This document shows positions 56,762 to 64,000 of a stretch of 64,000 bases of DNA, in pieces. Position numbers and translations under genes: made by a program. The notes below the pieces were generated by a model. It was not told where the DNA came from and did no database searches. It worked only from the letters and a program-made list of their open reading frames with translations. Numbering within the stretch: the stretch's first letter is position 1; each line of letters opens with the position of its first letter. Source of the stretch: a virus (taxonomy: Duplodnaviria; Caudoviricetes); the IMG/VR virus record IMGVR_UViG_3300025924_000024, positions 1,707 to 65,706 of that record, one strand, 5' to 3'.

Positions 56762-58591
56762 ATGCCGCGCACGAAGCCGCCCCGTCATCAGCACGCGAAA
56801 GACCCAGCGACGCAATATGCGCAGCTGGTGGTCAGCGGCAAGATTATCGCCGGCCCCTATGTGCGCCTCGCGTGCCAGCGGCACCTGACCGACCTCGAGA
56901 CGCAACATGCGCGCGGGCTCTTTTGGGACCTCAAGGCCGCGCGCCGCGCGATGGAGTTCTTTCCCGATTTCCTCAACGTCGAGTCCGACGCCGACGTCGT
57001 CCCGTTTCACCTGATGGGCTGGCAGTGCTTTTGCACCGGCGCCGTGTTCGGCTGGAAGAACGCGGCGACAGGTCTGCGCCGATTCCGCCGCGCGTACATT
57101 GAGACGGCCAAGGGCTCCGGCAAGACGCCGATGCTCGGCGGCTGGGGCCTCTACATGATGCTGCTCGACGGCGAAATGAGCGCGGAGGTTTTCTGCGCCG
57201 GCGCCGTGCGCAACCAGAGCATGGTCATGTTCAAAGACGTGATGAACATGGTCGACCGCTCACCGCGGATGCGCCTGTTCAATATCCGCAAGACCGGCAA
57301 GAATCCTGGCTCGCAGCTGACGCACATTCCCACGGGCTCGATCTATAGGCCGGTGGCGTCAGACAAATCGAAGTCGGGCCCGCGCGTCTCCTGCGGTCTC
57401 GTCGACGAACTTCACGAGCACCGCGACCGCTACACGATCGACATGCTGCAGGCGGGCTTCAAGCGCCGCAAGCAACCGCTGCTCGCCGTCGCCACGAACG
57501 CGGGCTTCGACCGCGAGAGCATTTGCTGGGAGTGGCATGACAACGCCTGCGCGGTGCTCGAGGGCCTGCGCGAGGACGATCAGCTTTTCGCCTACGTCAT
57601 GAGCCTCGACCCCGGCGATGACCCGCTCGAGGACGAGGCGTGCTGGCCGAAGACCAACCCGGGAATCGGCACCACCATCACCATCGAGTACCTGAGAGAT
57701 CAGGTGCGCGAGGCGCGTCAGATTCCCGGCCGCGAAAGCGGCGTGCGCCGTTTGAACTTTTGCGAGTGGACCGACGCCGCTGAAACGTGGATGACCCGCA
57801 AAGTCTGGGTCGAAAACGAAGAGCCGCCGCCCGGGCTCGGCCGCGAGTCCGAGGGCAAGCTGATCGAGACGCCGTTCGAGCCTGACCCCGAAGAGGGGCC
57901 GGCGTCGTGCTTCCTCGGCCTCGATCTCTCTTTCGCGTTCGACCTCACCGCGCTCGCGCTCGTCTTCCCTGACGGCGATCACCTGGCCGCGTGGATTGAA
58001 TATTTCACGCCGAAGGAGACTGCCAAGGACCGCGAGAAAAAGGACGGCGTGCCCTATGTGCAGTGGATTGATAACGGCCTCGTCCACGGCGTGCCCGGCA
58101 AGATCGTCCGCAAGGAGTACGTCGCCGCGCGCATTGCCGAGATCTCCGGCCGCTATGACGTGCGCTGGGCAGCCTATGACCGGTACCGCCACAAAGAGCT
58201 CGCGCAGGAAATGGCGGAGGCCGGTGTCGACGTGCCGTGGATTGAGCACCCGCAGGGTTTCAGGCGCGGCGGTCAGCTCGATATCGTCGGCCAGGACGGC
58301 AAGAAGCTGGACAACCCGCTCTGGATGCCTGACAGCGTTCAACAGTTCGAGACTCGCCTGATCGAGAAGACGCTCAGGGTGCAACCGTCGAAGGTGACTC
58401 GTTGGCAGGTTTCCTCGGTCGTGATACGCCAAGACCCTGCGGGCACGGGGAATCGTGTGTTCGACAAGGCGAAGGCAACCGGGAGAATCGACGGCGTCGT
58501 CGCTTTGGCAATGGCAATCGGAGCAGCTGAGATGCACCTTCCCGAGCGCGACCTCAGTGATTTCCTCAAGCGTCCGGTGGTTGCGCGATGA
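56762..58591 (+). CDS. Terminase large subunit
   Basis: ETAKGSGKT (Walker A), GLVDELHEH (Walker B), LGLDLS, RIDGVVALAMA. Confidence 0.95.
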   Translation: MPRTKPPRHQHAKDPATQYAQLVVSGKIIAGPYVRLACQRHLTDLETQHARGLFWDLKAARRAMEFFPDFLNVESDADVVPFHLMGWQCFCTGAVFGWKNAATGLRRFRRAYIETAKGSGKTPMLGGWGLYMMLLDGEMSAEVFCAGAVRNQSMVMFKDVMNMVDRSPRMRLFNIRKTGKNPGSQLTHIPTGSIYRPVASDKSKSGPRVSCGLVDELHEHRDRYTIDMLQAGFKRRKQPLLAVATNAGFDRESICWEWHDNACAVLEGLREDDQLFAYVMSLDPGDDPLEDEACWPKTNPGIGTTITIEYLRDQVREARQIPGRESGVRRLNFCEWTDAAETWMTRKVWVENEEPPPGLGRESEGKLIETPFEPDPEEGPASCFLGLDLSFAFDLTALALVFPDGDHLAAWIEYFTPKETAKDREKKDGVPYVQWIDNGLVHGVPGKIVRKEYVAARIAEISGRYDVRWAAYDRYRHKELAQEMAEAGVDVPWIEHPQGFRRGGQLDIVGQDGKKLDNPLWMPDSVQQFETRLIEKTLRVQPSKVTRWQVSSVVIRQDPAGTGNRVFDKAKATGRIDGVVALAMAIGAAEMHLPERDLSDFLKRPVVAR

Positions 58592-59970
58592 CGACGTACA
58601 ATGGTTTGTTTCAATGGCTCGGCAAGCGCATTGGGCTTGGCGCTGACAGCGCCGCGTTCTGGCGAGCGTTCGGCGGCAACGAAACGTGGTCCGGCGAAGT
58701 CGTCACGCCCGAGAAGGCCATGTCGATCGCCGCGTTCTGGCGCGGCGTGCGCCTCACCGCTGAGACCGTCGCCACGCTCCCGTTCAACGTCTACGCCTAC
58801 GGCCGCGACGGCCGCGGAACAATTGTTCGCGACCCTGGCAATCAGTACGACATGGTGCTGAGGGTCACGCCCAACGCCGCGCAGACGCCGACGGAATTTT
58901 GGGAAGGCATTGTCGGGTGCATGCTCGTCGTCGGCGACGGCATGGCTCACAAGGACCGCATCGGCGACAGGCTGGTGGGCATGACGCTCATGGACCCGAC
59001 CAAGGTCCAGACCGACCGGAGCACCGGTCAGCTCAGGTATGTCTATCGCGACTACAACGGCCGGCAGGAAATTTACCCGGCGGACGACGTCTTTCACGTC
59101 AAGGGATTCAGCTTCGGCGGCGACCGCGGCATGAGCGTGATCCAGTACGGCGCGCAATCGCTGGGCTCGACGATCGCCGCCGACAAAGTCGCCGGCAAGA
59201 TGTTCCGGTCGGGCCTGACGTCGAGCGGCTTCCTCGAGACGAACCAAGTTCTCAACGAGGACGACCGCGGCAGGCTCGAGCAGATCCTGAGCGAATATCT
59301 CGGCTCCGACAACGCCGGGAAACTCATGATCCTCGAAGGCGGCATGAAGTACACCGGGATCACGATGACCGCCGCCGACGCCCAGCTGTTGCTGAGCCGT
59401 CAGTACAATATCGAGGAGGTCGGCCGCTGGCTCGGCATGCCGCCGATCTTGCTCGGCCACTCCGGCGCCGGCCAGACAATGTGGGGCACGGGCGTCGAGC
59501 AGATCATCCACGCGTGGTATATGCTCAGCCTGCGCGCGCTGATCGTTCGAATCGAAAAGGCCATCCAGAAGCGCGTCATTGAGCCGGCCGACATGAACAA
59601 GTACTACGCCAAGTTCGCGGTCGAGGGCTTGCTGCGCGGTGACAGCGTCGCTCGCTCGAACCTCTACAGCGTGTTCGCGCAGAACGGCATCATGACCCGG
59701 GACGAAATGCGTGACCTCGAAGAGCTGCCGCCTTACACGAAGGGCGGCTCCGACGTGCTGACCGCGCAGGTCAACCTCACCACGCTCGATCAGATTGGGC
59801 GCGCGGCTGCGGCCGGCACACAGGACCTGCAGGTGAGAAACATGCTGCGCAACTGGCTGGGCGTCGACGAGATCACCGCCGACCAAATGCGACTGCTCGA
59901 GGCCCGTGTCAGAATGCTCAAGGACGCGCAGACGCCGCCCGACCGCATGGACGAGCGCCTGGCCGCGTAG
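58588..59970 (+). CDS. HK97-family portal protein
   Basis: DVFHVKGFSFGG.RGMS, GKLMILEGGMKY, Q.L..RQY..EEV.RW.G.PP, MTRDEMR.LE.LP. Confidence 0.95.
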   Translation: MTTYNGLFQWLGKRIGLGADSAAFWRAFGGNETWSGEVVTPEKAMSIAAFWRGVRLTAETVATLPFNVYAYGRDGRGTIVRDPGNQYDMVLRVTPNAAQTPTEFWEGIVGCMLVVGDGMAHKDRIGDRLVGMTLMDPTKVQTDRSTGQLRYVYRDYNGRQEIYPADDVFHVKGFSFGGDRGMSVIQYGAQSLGSTIAADKVAGKMFRSGLTSSGFLETNQVLNEDDRGRLEQILSEYLGSDNAGKLMILEGGMKYTGITMTAADAQLLLSRQYNIEEVGRWLGMPPILLGHSGAGQTMWGTGVEQIIHAWYMLSLRALIVRIEKAIQKRVIEPADMNKYYAKFAVEGLLRGDSVARSNLYSVFAQNGIMTRDEMRDLEELPPYTKGGSDVLTAQVNLTTLDQIGRAAAAGTQDLQVRNMLRNWLGVDEITADQMRLLEARVRMLKDAQTPPDRMDERLAA

Positions 59971-59996
59971 ACCTGCTGACCGCGTGACGGTATAGT
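59968..59996 (+). promoter_or_regulatory. Sigma70-like promoter of the moron gene
   Basis: TAGACC-N17-TATAGT. Confidence 0.5.
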
Positions 59997-60058
59997 CGCG
60001 GCGCCGGTTTAGAAGCACCGGCCGTTGAGACCAGAAACATGAACAGGAGAAAACCAGA

Positions 60059-60445
60059 ATGCCTAACCTCACCGTGAAGTGGGTGCAAAAACTGCGCGAG
60101 GGCGAGATCACCCGAATCTTTGCCGCTCAAAGCGTGGCGATCGCTTACCCTGATGCCTCGATTGTCTTTGACGCCGGCCCCGACGGTCAGCCGCCCGGCG
60201 ATTTCCTCGAAGTCCTCTACAGCCCGTCGCCTAACGGGATCATCTATCTCGGTCCCAAGGACGCGTGCCTGCTGATCGACCCCGACGACGAGCGCACTGC
60301 GAAGCGCCTTGCCGAAGGCACCTGCTACGTCGTCAACGAGCAGGGCCGAACCATCGGGACCTATCGCCTCGACGACGTCGACATCAACGGCGGCTCGAGC
60401 CAGAAGGCGATCAGATCTTCGCGCCATCATCCGCTTAGCACCTGA
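60059..60445 (+). CDS. Moron-like hypothetical protein between portal and protease
   Basis: Own promoter, AGGAG RBS and downstream hairpin. Confidence 0.6.
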   Translation: MPNLTVKWVQKLREGEITRIFAAQSVAIAYPDASIVFDAGPDGQPPGDFLEVLYSPSPNGIIYLGPKDACLLIDPDDERTAKRLAEGTCYVVNEQGRTIGTYRLDDVDINGGSSQKAIRSSRHHPLST

Positions 60446-60450
60446 CCCGG

Positions 60451-60490
60451 CAAGGCGCGGCCAGATCCGGCCGCGCCTTGTGCCTTTGCT
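60451..60490 (+). terminator. 12-bp stem hairpin, probable terminator
   Basis: CAAGGCGCGGCC-AGATCC-GGCCGCGCCTTG, with only a weak T-tract. Confidence 0.55.
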
Positions 60491-60538
60491 CGGTCTCGGG
60501 ATATTGCTTGCGCGACTCAAGCAGGAGCGCTGAGCGCC

Positions 60539-61870
60539 ATGAGCATTCGCAAACTGCCGGACGTCCGCAATTTCGTGGAGCCCGAGGACTTCGAACCGGT
60601 CCCGTCAGCGGACGCGGTCAATCACTGGCTGCCGAGCATTCGCTATGACGGCGCGTCCGATGGCCTGACGGTCATCGAGATCCTGACCGAGATCGGGAAA
60701 GACCCGTGGACCGGCCAGGGCATTGACGCCACCGACGTCGCGGCTCAGCTCAAGGGCGCAAAGGACGTGCTCGTCGTGATGAACACGCTGGGCGGTTCGT
60801 TCGCTCAGGCCGTGACCATTTACAATTTGCTCCGCGGTCATCCGGGCAAGGTCATCGTGAAGGTGATCGGCATGGCGGCGTCAGCGGGCTCGATCATCTG
60901 CATGGCGGGCGACGAGATTCAGATGGGCCCCGCAGCCTTCATGATGATTCACAACGGGCAGGGCGTCTGCCAGGGCGACCGCCACGCCATGCAAAACGCC
61001 GCCACGAACCTTGAGGCGATCGACGCCAGCATCCGTGATCTCTACGTCGCGCGCACCGGCAAGCACGCGAACGGCATCGCGCAAATGATGGACGCCGAAA
61101 CGCTCATGAACGCGCGCGACGCCATCAAGGCGGGCTTCGCTGACAGCTTGATCCCGGCCGGCCAGATCACCGAGCAGGTCACAAACTCGATGACGACCGC
61201 CATCGCGGCAAAGAAGTTCGCGGACGTCGTCTTTGCGCACGCCGGCGTGCCGCGCTCACGGCGCCGGGAGATCTTCGCGGCGATCAAAGCCGGGCCCGTC
61301 GACCCCGTGCTCGCCGGCGCGGCCGAAGCGTTCGAGGGCTTGCGCGGTGAGATGCAGGAACTGCGCTCGCTGCTGGCGACGACCCGCAACGAGGCGGCAA
61401 AGGCACCCGAGTGGCACGTCGGCGCTCCGACGAACCTGCCGCTTGATCCGAGCGAAAGCTGGGACGGCCCGGCGGCTGCGCAGCGGTTGCTCGATGCGGC
61501 CGGCTATGGCGGTGACGGCATGAACTACGCGGCGGCGCGCCGCGGCTTCCTGTTCTGTGACACGGCCAACCCTGACCTCGCCGAGTCCTACAAGGACCCC
61601 ATCGCTGACATCGTCGGCGGCGAAATGAAGGCGGTGCGCGGTGGCGTTCGCGCTGCGGCGTCGCGGTTGTCTCAGACCTCAGACATCCCGGCGGACGTTG
61701 CAAAACAGGCGCGCGCCGTCGTACAGCACTACGAAGACAGATTCGCCGGTGCCCAAGGCCCGGGTGGCACGCAAAACGCTGCCGAGGACGTCCAGCTTCA
61801 TGCGGACGACATGCGTGCCCTCGCGGATGACCTGCGTGGGTTTCTTCCAACGGCAAGGACTGAATCATGA
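60539..61870 (+). CDS. ClpP-type (S14) prohead protease with a C-terminal extra domain
   Basis: NTLGGS, GMAASAGSII.MAGD, MMIHN, ET.M.A..A...GFAD; C-terminal WDGPAA..R...YKDPIAD..GG.MKAV. Confidence 0.85.
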   Translation: MSIRKLPDVRNFVEPEDFEPVPSADAVNHWLPSIRYDGASDGLTVIEILTEIGKDPWTGQGIDATDVAAQLKGAKDVLVVMNTLGGSFAQAVTIYNLLRGHPGKVIVKVIGMAASAGSIICMAGDEIQMGPAAFMMIHNGQGVCQGDRHAMQNAATNLEAIDASIRDLYVARTGKHANGIAQMMDAETLMNARDAIKAGFADSLIPAGQITEQVTNSMTTAIAAKKFADVVFAHAGVPRSRRREIFAAIKAGPVDPVLAGAAEAFEGLRGEMQELRSLLATTRNEAAKAPEWHVGAPTNLPLDPSESWDGPAAAQRLLDAAGYGGDGMNYAAARRGFLFCDTANPDLAESYKDPIADIVGGEMKAVRGGVRAAASRLSQTSDIPADVAKQARAVVQHYEDRFAGAQGPGGTQNAAEDVQLHADDMRALADDLRGFLPTARTES

Positions 61871-63162
61871 GAACCCACTATCCCTTCAACGTTTTGCGCC
61901 GGCCGCAGGGCCTGCGCGGCGTTCGGATGGACGGCGGTGCCGACGTTGCAAAGGAAGTCCGCACGCTGATGCAGGACGTCCGCAACGAGCTGACCCGTCG
62001 CGACACCGAACTGAAAACGCTGGTCGAGACTGCCACCAACCAGATCAAGGAGCAGGGCACGATCAGCGCCGAACTGAAGACCAAGCTGACCGAGCACGTC
62101 GAAGCCTCGGGCGCGCTGCAGACCCGCGTGGTTGCGGTCGAGCAGGCGCTGGCGGCGATCAGAAACCTCAGGCCCGGCAGCGAAGCGCGCCAGACCTTGG
62201 GCCGCATGGTCATCGGGAACGAAGAGGTCAAGAACTGGCTCAAGCAGGGCATCGGTGCGCGCGGTCATGTGCGCATGGAAGTCAAGAACGCGATTCAGGA
62301 ATTTGTGTCCGGCGGCTCCGGTACCGGCGCCAACGAGATCATTATCCCGCAGCGCGTTCCGGGCTGGATCACGCCGGCGAACAGGACGCTGCGCGTTCGT
62401 CAGCTCCTGCAGGCCGGCCGCACCGTCTCCAACGCCGTCGACTTCGTGAAGGAATCCGGTTTCACGAATGCGGCGCGCGCTGTTGCCGAGGGCGAGACCA
62501 AGCCCGAGTCGAACCTGACCTTCACGCTTGAGACCGCTCCGGTTCGCACTATCGCGCACTGGATTCAGGCGTCGAAGCAGGTGCTCGAGGACATCCCTCA
62601 GCTTGAAAGCTACATCGACACGCGCCTGCGCTACGGCCTGGCGCTGGTCGAGGAAGAGCAGCTGCTGAGCGGTGACGGCACGGGCCACAACCTGCTGGGT
62701 CTCATCCCGCAGGCCACGCCGTTCGATATGAGCCGGCGCAAGGTCGGCGACACCCGCATGGACATCGTGCGCCGCGCGATGACCCAGCTGCGGATTTCCG
62801 AGTACCAGCCCGACGCGATCGTGCTGCACCCCTCGGATTGGGAGGATATCGAACTGACGAAAAACAGCTTCGGCCAGTACATCCGGGCGAATCCCGGCTC
62901 GCTGCTGCCGCCGACGCTATGGGGTCTTCCCGTCCTCGACTCGACGTCGCTTGCCCCGGGTGAGTTCATGGTCGGCGCGTTCGGCATGGCCGCGCAGATT
63001 TGGGACCGCGACGACGCGAGCGTCGAGATCTCGACCGAAGACCGGGACAACTTCATCAAGAACATGGTCACCATCCGCGCCGAGTTGCGGTTGGCCCTGA
63101 CCGTGTACCGTCCCGAGTCCTTCATCTTCGGAGACTTCTCCGACGACGTTTCGGGCGGCTGA
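61867..63162 (+). CDS. HK97-fold major capsid protein
   Basis: Coiled-coil delta domain, V.EG..KPES, IAHW...S.QVL.D, QLL.GDG, F.KNMVTIRAE.RLAL.VYRP. Confidence 0.95.
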   Translation: MRTHYPFNVLRRPQGLRGVRMDGGADVAKEVRTLMQDVRNELTRRDTELKTLVETATNQIKEQGTISAELKTKLTEHVEASGALQTRVVAVEQALAAIRNLRPGSEARQTLGRMVIGNEEVKNWLKQGIGARGHVRMEVKNAIQEFVSGGSGTGANEIIIPQRVPGWITPANRTLRVRQLLQAGRTVSNAVDFVKESGFTNAARAVAEGETKPESNLTFTLETAPVRTIAHWIQASKQVLEDIPQLESYIDTRLRYGLALVEEEQLLSGDGTGHNLLGLIPQATPFDMSRRKVGDTRMDIVRRAMTQLRISEYQPDAIVLHPSDWEDIELTKNSFGQYIRANPGSLLPPTLWGLPVLDSTSLAPGEFMVGAFGMAAQIWDRDDASVEISTEDRDNFIKNMVTIRAELRLALTVYRPESFIFGDFSDDVSGG

Positions 63163-63210
63163 GATACACAGCGCGGAAATGGCCCGGGCAAGTAGCGCCG
63201 GGCCAGCGAG

Positions 63211-63244
63211 AGGGCGTCGGGAAACCGGCGCCCTTTTCGTTCGT
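63211..63244 (+). terminator. Terminator after the major capsid gene
   Basis: AGGGCGTCGG-GAAA-CCGGCGCCCT then TTTCGTTCGTTT. Confidence 0.7.
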
Positions 63245-63402
63245 TTAGATCCGGCGATTGAGCCTGCGTCCGCGCGCCGATAAGCTGCGCAGATTGGGAG
63301 TCGTTCGTGCCATGTCAGCGAGGGGCCGGTGAGAGATCACCGGCCCTTGTCGTTTGCCGGGGCACCATGGCAAAGAACGGCCTCCAACGAAGGAGACTCC
63401 CA

Positions 63403-63684
63403 ATGTCATGGAATGAAGGGTGGCGCGGCCCGCGCTCAGACGCCCGCTCGAAGACGGCAACGATCACGAACATTCCGACGAACGTTCAATCAATGGTGAC
63501 AGCGGCGATCGACGCCGCGCCTGAGATCGCCGGCAAGCCCGACATTCGGGTGACGACGCACGGCCATATCGACGAGAGCCATTACGGCGTTCACATCGCG
63601 GTCGAAGTGTTGCCGGCCGAAAGCACCGTCGTCGACGACCAGCCAAAGGCTGACCAGCCCAAGGGTGAGGACGACGGCGCCTGA
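63403..63684 (+). CDS. Small hypothetical flanked by repeated hairpin modules
   Basis: GGAGAC RBS before ATG 63403. Confidence 0.55.
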   Translation: MSWNEGWRGPRSDARSKTATITNIPTNVQSMVTAAIDAAPEIAGKPDIRVTTHGHIDESHYGVHIAVEVLPAESTVVDDQPKADQPKGEDDGA

Positions 63685-63783
63685 GATCAGCGCCAAAGGG
63701 AACACGCGAGGGGTCGGCGGCAGCGTCGGCCCCTTTTCGTTTGCCGGGGCCCGGGATAGGAATTGGGGGCAAAGGAGACGCCC

Positions 63784-64000
63784 ATGCCGCCAGCACCCGC
63801 TCCAACGATTGCCGAGGTCACGAGGCCCTACAGCGGGCAGGAGGGTTTCCGGGTGAAAGCCGGCACGCGGCTCGCGGTCGGCAAGCCGGTCGACGGTCTC
63901 AAGGTCATCACCGAGGACCGCTATAACCAGCTGCTCAAAAGCGGTCTCGCTCGTCCCTTCGGCGCTCAGAACGGCCCGCTGTCTCAAACCCCGCCGCCGC
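63784..64000 (+). CDS. Head-region small protein (3'-truncated by window)
   Basis: MPPAPAPTIAEVTRPYSGQEGFRVKAGTRL...; GGAGAC RBS. Confidence 0.55.
   Translation, partial: MPPAPAPTIAEVTRPYSGQEGFRVKAGTRLAVGKPVDGLKVITEDRYNQLLKSGLARPFGAQNGPLSQTPPP

Noticed and set aside
58339-60111. 590-aa minus-strand ORF opposite the portal
   Set aside because: Antisense shadow of portal/terL, no recognisable domain.

Overview
The window holds almost a whole genome (probably circularly permuted) of a high-GC, HK97-fold, long-tailed dsDNA phage. The host is most likely an Alphaproteobacterium, inferred from a GcrA homologue, GTA-type baseplate genes, a Flp-pilin-like gene and a GapR-like gene. It opens inside the late operon: the C-terminus of GcrA, a 5.4-kb block of glycosyltransferases and SAM methyltransferases interrupted by an HNH gene, neck and tail genes with a -1 frameshift chaperone, tape measure, GTA-like Dit/hub/NlpC-P60/megatron, and lysis genes (to ~20.9 kb). 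A long leftward early operon follows (39.4 to 21.1 kb): C5 methylase, Lar, J-domain, XRE, ASCH, many small ORFs and a gp74-type HNH. Then a rightward operon (39.7-52.3 kb): Cro-like, RuvC-like, DnaB, Dam-like, and an initiator with iterons. The window ends with a cos-like site, a cassette of small membrane/Tat-signal ORFs, a ParB-methylase, terminase, portal, ClpP-type protease and major capsid. I saw no integrase, tRNA or CRISPR array. Top leads: (1) the glycosylation block wedged between head and neck genes, a candidate virion-glycosylation system; (2) a 52-aa leaderless Flp pilin mimic at 37963-38121, missed by the ORF track; (3) three adjacent small ORFs with twin-arginine signals after cos. 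All family calls come from motifs read by eye; no database searches were run.
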